Shown here piece by piece: positions 28,090 through 37,538 of a stretch of 46,211 nt of DNA. Position 1 is the stretch's first letter; each line of letters begins with the position of its first letter. Made by a program: the position numbers and the translations under genes. The DNA comes from a virus. Lineage: Duplodnaviria > Caudoviricetes. A model generated the notes under the pieces. It was given only the letters and a program-made list of their open reading frames with translations. It had not been told where the DNA came from and did no database searches. The DNA is taken from positions 1-46,211 of the IMG/VR virus record IMGVR_UViG_3300029142_000005; one strand, written 5' to 3'.

Positions 28090-30003
28090 CTATTTGATAT
28101 CCACAATCTCACAGTGATCCGCAGTACACGCAAACTCACCACGGTTCACTTCATGTAGATTTGTTTCAAAGTTCTTCATCAACTCCCAATCAACTTTCTC
28201 TGGCATAGCTGCTAGCGCCTGAAGGTATCCTTCTTCGTCTGTTTCCTGATAAGGTGCCTGAGCATAAGAGTGTTCCCCTTCATCTTTAGGAAGGAACGCA
28301 ATACCAGATATGATGTCAAAGTTGTCATATACCCACGCTCCGACAGACATCCACTCTTTCTTGCCAACCTGCACCGTAATCGAGGGCTTATGCTCGCACC
28401 AATGTTCCTGATAGGTTTTCCATAGTTCGAGATGCTGAATAGCTGACACTTCATTCCTAGTGATAGCGTCTTCTTCTGCCTTAAACGGGAATGAGAACAC
28501 TGTGGTGTTCTCAGGGTCCATGACGTCAGGCTCGTTAGGGATACCTTGTGCTTTCATAAACTTGGTTACAGGGTTCTCGTTAGCACCACGTACAGTGCGA
28601 ATGTAATACTTGCTATAACGAGGATGGATACCACTGGCACTATCCACTAATTGCGATACAGTGCCAGATGGTTTAACACAAGTGATAGCAGCAGAAGCAG
28701 GAATACCCAGCTTAGCTGCCCACGTCTTATTGGTCTCAATTGCTACCTCTCTCATCATCTGTAGGATTTCAGGGAGATGTGCATGAGTATTGTTGAGCAG
28801 TACATTATCCATGATACCTGTCAAGCTTACTCCTAGTAGTCTCTCTGCTTCTGTGTTATCTTTCCACACTTTCCTGATGTACTTGAAATCTGTAAGCGTT
28901 GCCTGTAGCGTACCAATAATAGTCGCAATCCGTACAAGATCAAGAATTTCGTTAAGAACGTGGTACGGTCTAACGACCACTTCTGTAAGATTGCAGAACT
29001 GGAAAGGTCTGAGGATAATTTCAGAGCATGGATTAGTTCCGAAATCACAATCTGAAGCTCGCCTTCCAGTGCTCTCAGCCTGTCTCTTGGCTGCACTTCT
29101 GTTGAAGATGCCGCGTTCTCCTGATCTACTTTCATATAGTGCGCTCCACTCTCTCATCATGATAGACATATTAGGCTGCCTATCATAGACAGCACTGTTA
29201 TTAGCTAGTGCCCTATATGGATGATCCACCCACCAGTTACCGCTCTTAGCGTTACGCATGAAGTGGTCATCTACATCACTTAATGAGATGAGGGCAGTCC
29301 TGCGAGAACCGCCAGATACAGCGCAATCACCAGCCATACACATAAGGTCGTGGCATTCAATCGGATAAAGTTTACGACCCTTCGCATTATCAAACATCCT
29401 CACAGTAAATACAAACAACCTATTCAGAGGCTCAGGTCCAGATGAGCTTCCTCCGAAAGTCTTAAGCGGCGCTCCCTTAGGACGAAGCTGAGACAGGTCC
29501 CAATTAGGAACATTGCCAGAGTACAGTTGAAACAGCAGCTGCCTAAAACTATCAGCCCATCCCTCTCTACTGTCAGGCACTATGATAGTCTTGTCACTGA
29601 GCTTCAGAGTCTCAGGTACTTCAGGCAAACAGTTCACATACTTACTCTCAACTGAGAAGCCAATACCTGTCCCGCACATAGAGAGATAAAGACATTCGTC
29701 AAAAGAACGGAGAGTGTCTACTGGCATATACGAGCAGTTATACCCAGCCACATTGCACTTATCAAGAGCAGGGCCAGCTGTCTTGAGCTGCCTCATAGAT
29801 GGCATAACTTTCATTTTCAAGATAGCATCGTATATCTGCTCATCAGGAATACGTACCTTGTAGTTATCCCAGATATGATTGGTCATGAAATGTACATACC
29901 TATGTACAGTATCGGGCCAACTCTCCCGTGACATAGTGTCCCAATTAACACGGGCGTAGTTGGAGTATGCGATAAATTTAGAATAGTCAGTTAGTTCGTT
30001 CAT
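28090..30003 (-). CDS. nrdJ: Class II (adenosylcobalamin-dependent) ribonucleotide reductase
   Basis: VMPSMR, YNCSY, GTNPCSEI, FCNLTE, TCVKPSGTVSQ and C-terminal C....C. No beta-subunit gene present. Confidence 0.95.
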   Translation of the reverse strand: MNELTDYSKFIAYSNYARVNWDTMSRESWPDTVHRYVHFMTNHIWDNYKVRIPDEQIYDAILKMKVMPSMRQLKTAGPALDKCNVAGYNCSYMPVDTLRSFDECLYLSMCGTGIGFSVESKYVNCLPEVPETLKLSDKTIIVPDSREGWADSFRQLLFQLYSGNVPNWDLSQLRPKGAPLKTFGGSSSGPEPLNRLFVFTVRMFDNAKGRKLYPIECHDLMCMAGDCAVSGGSRRTALISLSDVDDHFMRNAKSGNWWVDHPYRALANNSAVYDRQPNMSIMMREWSALYESRSGERGIFNRSAAKRQAESTGRRASDCDFGTNPCSEIILRPFQFCNLTEVVVRPYHVLNEILDLVRIATIIGTLQATLTDFKYIRKVWKDNTEAERLLGVSLTGIMDNVLLNNTHAHLPEILQMMREVAIETNKTWAAKLGIPASAAITCVKPSGTVSQLVDSASGIHPRYSKYYIRTVRGANENPVTKFMKAQGIPNEPDVMDPENTTVFSFPFKAEEDAITRNEVSAIQHLELWKTYQEHWCEHKPSITVQVGKKEWMSVGAWVYDNFDIISGIAFLPKDEGEHSYAQAPYQETDEEGYLQALAAMPEKVDWELMKNFETNLHEVNRGEFACTADHCEIVDIK

Positions 30004-30029
30004 TTAAACTCTCTTTCAACAATTATCAA

Positions 30030-30485
30030 TTAAACTTCATGTCCAGTAAGAAGTTTCCACTGTACCCCAGCATCGTTATACATTTGCTTAGACATTTCAA
30101 TATCCTCAGCCCATCTCTCATTAGGTGTAGCTCTCGCCACTACTCGTGAAATGCCAGCGTTAATGATATGTACTGTGCACCTAGAGCAAGTAAACAGCTT
30201 AGTACAATACAGTGTGCACCCTTCTACGCTTCCTCTAGCGTTCTGGATAGCATTCATCTCTGCATGAATGATACGCTTATACTTCTCTTCCCTGTTATTC
30301 AGCCATGCACTGTTATCTGGCATACCCCTAGGAAAGCCATTAAAGCCTGTAGAGGCGATAGTCTTATCAGGACGTACAATCACACACCCCACCTGAGTAG
30401 AGGGGTCCTTAGAGGCTCGTGACACGAAGTCACACATGTCTAGAAAGTACCTGTCCCACCATCCGTCTGTTCGTTTAAGTATCAT
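30030..30485 (-). CDS. dCMP deaminase
   Basis: SKDPSTQVGCVIV, GFNGFPRG, HAEMNAI, CSRC. Confidence 0.93.
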   Translation of the reverse strand: MILKRTDGWWDRYFLDMCDFVSRASKDPSTQVGCVIVRPDKTIASTGFNGFPRGMPDNSAWLNNREEKYKRIIHAEMNAIQNARGSVEGCTLYCTKLFTCSRCTVHIINAGISRVVARATPNERWAEDIEMSKQMYNDAGVQWKLLTGHEV

Positions 30486-30645
30486 CTAAAAATTTCCTCA
30501 ATTCATCGAAAGACATAGGAATACCGTTTATACGTTCAACAGATACATTTAAGTATCTCTCATCTGCTACACCCTTCCACTTACTAGACATCACCTGCTT
30601 CTCATGGAGGTGTCCATGCACATTCAGCTTCCACCTAAACTCTCC
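30475..30645 (-). pseudogene. 3' remnant of a calcineurin-like metallophosphoesterase
   Basis: Frame reads ...RWKLNVHGHLHEKQVMSSKWKGVADERYLNVSVERINGIPMSFDELRKFLDDT*, a typical C-terminus. An in-frame stop at 30682-30684 cuts it off upstream, and the N-terminal motifs are absent. Confidence 0.75.
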
Positions 30646-30734
30646 TCTATATCTATAGAGAGGACATTGTGACCTTGTTTCCTAAAAGCCTCCCTCACTA
30701 CACCTGATCTCTCACAGAGTATTAGTACATTCAT
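30624..30734 (-). pseudogene. 5' remnant of a DNA cytosine methyltransferase-like gene
   Basis: MNVLILCERSGVVREAFRKQGHNVLSIDIEESLGGS* matches the N-terminal SAM-binding segment of phage MTases (VL..CE.SG.VR.AF...GH...S.D), then stops at 36 aa. Confidence 0.7.
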
Positions 30735-30752
30735 CACACATCCTGTAAACTA

Positions 30753-30989
30753 TTAAGCGCGCTTACTCAACTGTAATTCCACAATTAGGTCCAGAATCGC
30801 GCAGTATTCTGTTTGATCTGCATCATGGTAATGCTTTTGCGCCAGAAGCTTTACGGCGCGGAGCAGGCGCTGAAAATCTTCTTTTGACTCTATAACGAAT
30901 AGGTAATTACAGACAGTATTGTCTTCTACATAGACAGGGGGATCACATCCATCCATAGCAGTAGGCTTCAATGTTGCAGTTCGGGTCAT
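30753..30989 (-). CDS. Hypothetical protein
   Basis: 78 aa, GGAGG SD, ATGA overlap. Confidence 0.65.
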   Translation of the reverse strand: MTRTATLKPTAMDGCDPPVYVEDNTVCNYLFVIESKEDFQRLLRAVKLLAQKHYHDADQTEYCAILDLIVELQLSKRA

Positions 30990-31204
30990 TGACTATACCT
31001 CCCTTTCATCCTATCCATAGTTGACTGAATGTTCCTAACAGCTACACGAATGTTAACGCTGTCCTCATCAGTCAGTGTCAGTAAAAACTTATTCAGCCTC
31101 TCAATAATAGTGAACAGTGTATTCAAATCTATTACAGCTTTATCCAGATGCTGTTCCAACATCTGAATGTACTCTTCTGAAGATATATCTTTCTTCTTAG
31201 GCAT
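30986..31204 (-). CDS. Hypothetical coiled-coil protein
   Basis: 72 aa, AGGAG SD. Confidence 0.65.
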   Translation of the reverse strand: MPKKKDISSEEYIQMLEQHLDKAVIDLNTLFTIIERLNKFLLTLTDEDSVNIRVAVRNIQSTMDRMKGRYSQ

Positions 31205-31396
31205 TCATTTTATCTCCTGCCACTCGATACCCCATCCTTCTTCATAAACGTATTTACCGGGATGAGGCATATCTCCATCCATTATATAGGGGCTGCCACA
31301 ACAACCGCAACCCCCTATGTACATATCATGTTTTTCAGATAGCTTAGACAGTTCGTTAAGAAAGTTTTCCATACGCTTATTCTCGTTCTCAGTCAT
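31205..31396 (-). CDS. Hypothetical protein with GGCGCCGSP motif
   Basis: Cys-cluster motif seen in small phage proteins. GGAGG SD; start 31396 (ORF track 31405). Confidence 0.7.
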   Translation of the reverse strand: MTENENKRMENFLNELSKLSEKHDMYIGGCGCCGSPYIMDGDMPHPGKYVYEEGWGIEWQEIK

Positions 31397-31598
31397 CTCT
31401 AACATCCTCCACCCACATCTGTACGCCGGGGGACGTACTCATTCTATTACAGTAGTTGATGGCTAGCTGCATACTATCAAACTCTTCCCAACTAGCAGAC
31501 ACAGTTCTGACACTGCCCACTGTAAAGGCTGTCCTGATTAGGTACTCTCTATTAATGGGTCTCTGCCCAATTCTTTCCGACACTGTACTCTCCTTCAT
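31389..31598 (-). CDS. Possible hypothetical protein
   Basis: Open frame filling the gap after the polymerase. Start uncertain. Confidence 0.4.
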   Translation of the reverse strand: MKESTVSERIGQRPINREYLIRTAFTVGSVRTVSASWEEFDSMQLAINYCNRMSTSPGVQMWVEDVRDD

Positions 31599-33435
31599 GC
31601 ACACAATTAATCTTAAGGAACTGGCCAGCCCATTTAATACACTCACATGCAAGTTTTCCGCTTTCATGTTCAAGTCCAGGTCTACACTCCCATTGAAACT
31701 CATCATGATAGAAGATGAGCATGTTCCAGTCCACACCTAGTTTGTAACCTCGTCTCTCCATCTCTCTATGAAACTTGCAATAAGCTATAGACATATGGAT
31801 AGCTTCGTCACTCTGCAACATATAACACAGAAGGGCGTGTTCACTCTCTACTTTGATAGGTCTTCCATCAATTCCTGTGATGTACCCATTCTTATATACC
31901 CATCTGTTCCACTTTTTGTTATAGTTTTTACTAGCACTTTTTCTCCATTCAGTCGTGATGTCTTTAATCAGCTGCTTAAGTTTAGGCATCTCGTTTAGAT
32001 AGCGTTCAAGAAGTTCCTTAGCTTCCTTGACAGTTATGCCGATAGTAGATGCAATCTTAGGAGCCTGCGCTCCGTAAATGAAACCATAGAAGAAGTTCTT
32101 AGCCTTTGTCCTATTAGCTGCCCCCGACCTACGCTGATTGATAGAGTGCAAATCAGTTCCGTCTTCTTTATTACCGAACAGCACAGCATTAGTAAACTCT
32201 TCGTCTCCCATTCGTGCTGCCAGTTGCCTCATCTGATTGCCACTACTATCAGCACCAACCATAGACCAGCCTTCTTTAGCTACCCATACACTGCGCATTT
32301 CCTTTCCAAAGAATGCTCCACTCTCAGCACTAGGAATATTGACGATTACATTATGCCTGAGCCTACCAGTAGCTGCGAAGCCTGCTACCTTAGGAGACAC
32401 TCTACCGTCAGGCCTTACAGCTTCCAGCCATCCTGACAGCGTGCTAATCCTATGACGACAGACAACCCATTTACTAATCAGCTTACCTAGCTTACCGTCA
32501 ATACCATTAAACGGATCAGTCAAGCTCATCTTGGGAGATGTTCGTTGCCCCTGAGCATTAGTGTTCCATTGTTCAGGTATCCATCCGAACTCTAACAGTA
32601 TGTCCTTTACTTCTTGGTTCTTACCTAGATCAACGGGCCTCGGATTAACGCGCCCAAAAGGCCCCCAAACACTATGACTGCTATCAACAGAATATAGAAG
32701 TCTCCATCTTTCAACAGCTTGGGAATACTGTCCATTCTTTTTGAAAGGTTTTCTGATCCAACTGTACTCACCATCCTTCTTCAACTCCTTAATATCAATT
32801 ACAATAGGAAGCCTAGGTACAACTACCTTTTCAATCCTAGACATACATGTCTTCAAATATGATATCAGATGCTGACATCTATCTACATCAAGAGTCCATC
32901 CACTTGTCTCCTGAATAGATAGATACTTCATCAACTGCATGTTCAATCTATGAGCATTAGCCCAGCCTTCCCCTCTCCCTTCATCTAGCAAGGCTTTGTA
33001 AATACGAACTTGAACTTTACAATCCTGGACACAGCGTTCCAGCATATCTTCGCTATACTGTGTCCAGTCTTCATGTACTTTCTTGTACTCTCCTAAGCGT
33101 ATGCCCCAACTCTCTACACTATGGGGACCTGAAGTGCTGCCATGTACAAATGATCTATCAGGTCTCTGTGTTCTAGACATAACTAGAGTGTCAACAACCT
33201 TCCCCTTAAACTCATAATCATACAGCTTCTTGAGAACACGGAAGTCATAGTCGATGCAGTTATGTCCAATAGCCACATCATACTTATCGAGATGGGAAGT
33301 AAAATCTCCTATAGATTTAGGGCCATACTCGAACACTTCATTAGTGTCGTGATCTATTAGAGCAGCACACCATACTACAGTGCAGTCTTCGTATAGCCCA
33401 TTTCCCTCTATATCGAATGTGCATATTCTAACCAT
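31552..33435 (-). CDS. DNA polymerase, family A (T7-like) with 3'-5' exonuclease
   Basis: Exonuclease motifs FDIEG, GHNCIDYD, RCVQD. Motif A GADSSGNQMR, motif B RTKAKNFFYGFIYG, motif C YHDEFQ. Confidence 0.96.
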   Translation of the reverse strand: MVRICTFDIEGNGLYEDCTVVWCAALIDHDTNEVFEYGPKSIGDFTSHLDKYDVAIGHNCIDYDFRVLKKLYDYEFKGKVVDTLVMSRTQRPDRSFVHGSTSGPHSVESWGIRLGEYKKVHEDWTQYSEDMLERCVQDCKVQVRIYKALLDEGRGEGWANAHRLNMQLMKYLSIQETSGWTLDVDRCQHLISYLKTCMSRIEKVVVPRLPIVIDIKELKKDGEYSWIRKPFKKNGQYSQAVERWRLLYSVDSSHSVWGPFGRVNPRPVDLGKNQEVKDILLEFGWIPEQWNTNAQGQRTSPKMSLTDPFNGIDGKLGKLISKWVVCRHRISTLSGWLEAVRPDGRVSPKVAGFAATGRLRHNVIVNIPSAESGAFFGKEMRSVWVAKEGWSMVGADSSGNQMRQLAARMGDEEFTNAVLFGNKEDGTDLHSINQRRSGAANRTKAKNFFYGFIYGAQAPKIASTIGITVKEAKELLERYLNEMPKLKQLIKDITTEWRKSASKNYNKKWNRWVYKNGYITGIDGRPIKVESEHALLCYMLQSDEAIHMSIAYCKFHREMERRGYKLGVDWNMLIFYHDEFQWECRPGLEHESGKLACECIKWAGQFLKINCVHEGEYSVGKNWAETH

Positions 33436-33787
33436 TTGTTACAATAACCTTAACGCCTTCTTTATCGGCTGTATCTATCATACTCTGTTGATAGAAATTT
33501 CTTCCATCTAAGATGATGATATCTGGACGAATGTTCTTAAACATAAAGCTATTCTCACACATATATCTAGCTCTAGATGGAAGATTATAATGCCAACGAG
33601 ATACTGAGAAGATGCTGCCAAGTCCTATTTCAGACCTGGCCCACATCCATGCTATATTGTCTAGTCCGTTTGCCCTGAACTCGATAAGCTTAGTGACACC
33701 TTGTTCGGAATGAAGGGCTTCGAGAACATCCATAGCTGAAGCTGTGGCTTCTGTGATAGATGTTGACCCTCTAACTGCTACTTTCAT
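33428..33787 (-). CDS. Degenerate SLOG/DUF2493-like protein
   Basis: MKVAVRGS...L..LH...TKLIE..ANGLD.IA..WA...PDIII...M...A...GVKV; Gly-rich motifs are eroded. Confidence 0.55.
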   Translation of the reverse strand: MKVAVRGSTSITEATASAMDVLEALHSEQGVTKLIEFRANGLDNIAWMWARSEIGLGSIFSVSRWHYNLPSRARYMCENSFMFKNIRPDIIILDGRNFYQQSMIDTADKEGVKVIVTNG

Positions 33788-34071
33788 TACCTGTTCTCCG
33801 GATTAAATTTAAGAGCTTGTCTGATAAGATCATGAGACTTGTACCAATTAGCAATTATCTCACAATCTTCTCCCCATATCATACTATCATCTAACTTCAG
33901 TATCTCTTCCATCACTTCCCGGAGCTGCCTATACCCAGCAGCATATCTATTACATTTTACCAATAGCTTAGCTACATCTTCTTGACAAGTTTCACACGGA
34001 CCTTTTCCACATCTGTCGCAAGGTGCAAGTTTAACTACACCGTCTCTCATTAACTCCCTACTACATTTCAT
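33787..34071 (-). CDS. Hypothetical protein (N-terminal Cys cluster)
   Basis: 94 aa, GGAGG SD, CDRC..GPC. Confidence 0.65.
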   Translation of the reverse strand: MKCSRELMRDGVVKLAPCDRCGKGPCETCQEDVAKLLVKCNRYAAGYRQLREVMEEILKLDDSMIWGEDCEIIANWYKSHDLIRQALKFNPENR

Positions 34072-34568
34072 TGGAATATCCTCCCACCTACAACAGCCCG
34101 TAGTTTCTTCCTGAAGTAGTGGATGATAACTCTTACATTAGAGTGAGTGAAAGGCAACAGTTCAGCTATCTCTTTCGTTGTAAACTGCTTGAAGAAAAAC
34201 AGTCTAAGCAACTCTCTCTTCTGCTTAGGTTCTTTGTCAACTGTATCTATTACTCGTTTCAGCACCAGTTTGTTAATAGGTTTTGAAGTCTCATCCTCAA
34301 TTCCTTCGAGTTCTTCAGAGGTCATTCCTCTCATTCTATTCTCTCTGTGGAAATCTTTAATACAATTGAAGATGATGCTACTGAGCCATGCTCCAAAACT
34401 AGCTGAGCTTCCGTCTCCTTCATATGATTTAGAATACTTCAATGCACGAGTGTACGCCTCTTGAACTACATCTTCAGCATCATTGTATCCTACAATCTTT
34501 CCAACTTGAACACACAGCATATCGAAGTTATCTACGTAATGCGCTGTCAATGTTTCTTTAAAAGTCAT
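34068..34568 (-). CDS. ECF-type RNA polymerase sigma factor
   Basis: Region 2 DAEDVVQEAYTRAL...F.AWL..I..N...D and region 4 FTTKEIAELL...NVR. Start MTFKET at 34568. Confidence 0.9.
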   Translation of the reverse strand: MTFKETLTAHYVDNFDMLCVQVGKIVGYNDAEDVVQEAYTRALKYSKSYEGDGSSASFGAWLSSIIFNCIKDFHRENRMRGMTSEELEGIEDETSKPINKLVLKRVIDTVDKEPKQKRELLRLFFFKQFTTKEIAELLPFTHSNVRVIIHYFRKKLRAVVGGRIFQ

Positions 34569-35004
34569 CTTCAGGCTCCTCATCTTCATCAAAATCTTCC
34601 AGTTCAACAGGCTGAGGGTCAGCATCCTGTATAAAATTAGCCATAACAGGACGAATTACCTCGCGCCCGACGCCGTCTCGATTTTCGATAAACATAGGAG
34701 GCACCTTATCTGGCTTCCTAACCAGACTGCTGTTATTCAGTATGCCGACAACTTCTGCAATAGCCTTCTTCATAACATCAGCATCTTCATCAGATGCAAG
34801 GGCATCATTCAGCAAACCTACAACATCCCCAACAATAGCTATATCTTTCTGAAGATTATGCAACTGTAGACGACGCTCGTGAGCTAATTTAGATAGAGCC
34901 ATATACTCACGTTCGTAACCTTTAAGCTTATTTTTAAGCATTTCAATTTCTAAATCCATCGCATCGACAACACGAGCATTGATAGCACGTTTTTCATTAG
35001 GCAT
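34558..35004 (-). CDS. Hypothetical coiled-coil protein with acidic tail
   Basis: 148 aa, TAATG overlap with the primase, ends LEDFDEDEEPEDDF. Confidence 0.75.
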   Translation of the reverse strand: MPNEKRAINARVVDAMDLEIEMLKNKLKGYEREYMALSKLAHERRLQLHNLQKDIAIVGDVVGLLNDALASDEDADVMKKAIAEVVGILNNSSLVRKPDKVPPMFIENRDGVGREVIRPVMANFIQDADPQPVELEDFDEDEEPEDDF

Positions 35005-36650
35005 TAAATCTCTCCATATTTACCAGTGTACTTATTGTACCTAATAGCTACACTGTCAGACTGTCCAAAAGCTCTGTCTTCTAGGATGATGAGGTCTCTA
35101 CGAGATGGGTCAGCATCCTCATCATGAGGGTCCTTATTCCCTTCAATTCCTACAGCCAAGTCACAACTACGCATCATAGCCCTACTGCCTGCAAACTGAG
35201 ATGACATAACCTTACCTCCATATTCGTGAGGAGGACCGAACTCTGGTTTGTTTAGATGGCAGAACATGATAGCTAAAAAGTTCATCTCTAATGCCATAGC
35301 TGCTGTGTCCTGAGCGATTTGCTGAAGAACAGTATTAGCATCAGAAGCAGACATTCCGTTTGTGAAGTTAGTAATAGGGTCAAGCATGATAATCTCACAG
35401 CCCTTGACTACAGCCTCTCTAATGTAGTCTTTAACTGTCTCCCAGTCTACGTTCTGATACCTGTCAATAAGGTATAGCATCTCACCTATACGCATAGAAT
35501 GTTTGTCATAAGCCTCGTAATCAAACTCAATGTTAGGGTCAGTGAAGATACGATTAGCTGCCTTCCCCACCATCATCTTGTGAGTCATTTCGTTAGGCTC
35601 TTCTGGTGCTGCCATAAACACTTTCTTACCTTCCACACTTATAAAGTGTTCAGCCAACTGACAACGAATAGTTGACTTACCCATCTTAACACCGCCTGCC
35701 CAATACTGAGTCTCCCCTAGACGAGCGCCTCGTAACAGCTGAGTGAGTTTAGGCCAAGGGTAAGAAAATCCTAGAGGTGTAGCCTGTCTCGCTGCCTCAT
35801 GCAGTGAACTGGATATCACCAGTGTACTTGGATTAGGTTTCTGCCTTTCAAACATACAGATGTTGGCCAAATCTTCTGGCCTACCTTCAGTCAAGCATTC
35901 ATTAGCATCCTTGAAAGGTAAGGTTACAGTCTCGGCATTAGGCCACACCTTTAGCACATTGTTAACAGCTTTCTGTCCAGGATCATCCATATCAAACACA
36001 AGAACGATATTGTTAAATCTCATCTTAATGTCCCTAGCTGACGATGAGATTTCCTTTACCGCACCTTGAGCACCCTTAACAATAGATGTCACAGATGGGG
36101 ACAGTGACTGATACTTAGTCCCACGCTGTTTGTCAGTGATAGCTTGCCAAATTGACATAGCATCTAGCTCGCCTTCTGTAATGAACAGCACTTTGTTGTT
36201 ACACTGAGAAGCCATCTTCCAATTGAACAGGTCTACGTTTCCCCTCACATCTCCTACAGACCACATAGCCTTCTTTCCTACGAGAGTCTTAGCTTTGTAT
36301 CCTGTCAATTCTCCCTTCCTAGTGACAGGGAAGTACGCTACAGTTGGGGTAGTTCCGTCTACCTCTGACAATGCAACCTTAACTCCGAACTGCTCTACAG
36401 TTTTCTTCTTCAGTCCTCTAGATGGAATAGCTACGCTTGGAAGTTCTTCCACTTCTTTCATCATAGCTTCAACATCTACTTCAGGAATAGAGGACAAGTC
36501 TGGCTTCTCCCCGTTGAACGGATCAGGGACGTAGGTGTCACATCGGAAACAAAACCCACTGTATTTACCATCGCCGTTCTCGAAAACTTGCAGAGCATCG
36601 CTAGTTCCACAATCGTGTGGAAGTTTTGCGACACATTTTCCCATTAACAT
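35004..36650 (-). CDS. DNA primase-helicase (T7 gp4-like)
   Basis: Zn finger (HDC...CFRC), TOPRIM ITEGELDA and FDMDDPG, Walker A GGVKMGKS, LDPIT, FAGSRAM. Confidence 0.95.
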   Translation of the reverse strand: MLMGKCVAKLPHDCGTSDALQVFENGDGKYSGFCFRCDTYVPDPFNGEKPDLSSIPEVDVEAMMKEVEELPSVAIPSRGLKKKTVEQFGVKVALSEVDGTTPTVAYFPVTRKGELTGYKAKTLVGKKAMWSVGDVRGNVDLFNWKMASQCNNKVLFITEGELDAMSIWQAITDKQRGTKYQSLSPSVTSIVKGAQGAVKEISSSARDIKMRFNNIVLVFDMDDPGQKAVNNVLKVWPNAETVTLPFKDANECLTEGRPEDLANICMFERQKPNPSTLVISSSLHEAARQATPLGFSYPWPKLTQLLRGARLGETQYWAGGVKMGKSTIRCQLAEHFISVEGKKVFMAAPEEPNEMTHKMMVGKAANRIFTDPNIEFDYEAYDKHSMRIGEMLYLIDRYQNVDWETVKDYIREAVVKGCEIIMLDPITNFTNGMSASDANTVLQQIAQDTAAMALEMNFLAIMFCHLNKPEFGPPHEYGGKVMSSQFAGSRAMMRSCDLAVGIEGNKDPHDEDADPSRRDLIILEDRAFGQSDSVAIRYNKYTGKYGEI

Positions 36651-36676
36651 TTCTCCTCAAATTTCAGTATATAGTA
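36644..36676 (+). promoter_or_regulatory. Putative phage-sigma-dependent promoter (copy 3), antisense to the early operon
   Basis: TTAACATTT-CTCCTCAAATTTC(13)-AGTATATAGTA on +, overlapping the primase start codon and SD. Confidence 0.7.
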
Positions 36677-36689
36677 TGTGCGCCGGGAG

Positions 36690-37523
36690 TTAATTCCTAT
36701 CCATAGCAAGGTTAGCAAACACTGCTCCATAGAATTCTGCTGTCCTGCCTTCACATCCCGGTGCAGTATTAACTTCAAGCACATATAGCTTATCCCTCAG
36801 TTCATTATAGATAATATCTACTGCACCAAAGTCAAGACCTAAATGTCGAATAGTTTCTAATGCAGCTTCAGAAATACGTTGACGTAGTTTATGGTCAACT
36901 TCATCAAGCTTATCCAATCCGTAAGTAAATCCGTTATCGAAATTACGGACTTGCCAATTAACCTTCTCATCTGGTACATCCCTACGACGAACCTTCATAG
37001 TAGTCAGAGAGTCTCCCAATATCTGATGGTCCACAATATGAACACGAAACTCCCACTTCTTACGCACGTACTCTGTGTACAGTGGAGCTTCCGTAATTTT
37101 ATCAGGATCGTCAATAAGTTCAATGCCTTCTCCACTGTGGCCTTGCAGGACATGACGCGCTACAATCATGTCACATTCTCCGAGCATCTCTTCAGCAGCG
37201 TCTTTGCTATATGCAACTCTAGGGATAGAGATAGCACTCTGTTGCATCTTCTCAAAGAAACTCCTCTTATTGGAAGCTTCAGTGCCATTACCTGTGAGAT
37301 TCAGTACACAGGCAGGTCCGTTAGCATGTAACTTATCTACTAAAGGACAGTTATGTCCTCCTCCCCAATTAATAAGCAGATGGCCCTGCCTCTGCTTATA
37401 CTTTGATCCCTTAACCTTGAGACGTTTAGCATTAACTTCATCAAAGTTCTCATTGATGTAGTCACAAATGTTTTTAAGACCTTTCGATCCGGCCTTATAG
37501 GGAGCGAAATAGGTATTGACCAT
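36690..37523 (-). CDS. ATP-grasp ligase (phiEco32-like)
   Basis: LINWG, GHSGEGI, EFRVHI, RNFDNG, GLDFGAVDII, VLEVNTAPG. Confidence 0.93.
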   Translation of the reverse strand: MVNTYFAPYKAGSKGLKNICDYINENFDEVNAKRLKVKGSKYKQRQGHLLINWGGGHNCPLVDKLHANGPACVLNLTGNGTEASNKRSFFEKMQQSAISIPRVAYSKDAAEEMLGECDMIVARHVLQGHSGEGIELIDDPDKITEAPLYTEYVRKKWEFRVHIVDHQILGDSLTTMKVRRRDVPDEKVNWQVRNFDNGFTYGLDKLDEVDHKLRQRISEAALETIRHLGLDFGAVDIIYNELRDKLYVLEVNTAPGCEGRTAEFYGAVFANLAMDRN

Positions 37524-37538
37524 AGTTGTAACCTCCTG

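Noticed and set aside
30475-30734. Programmed frameshift producing a functional chimeric protein
   Set aside because: Neither fragment contains a complete catalytic domain; a deletion is the simpler explanation.
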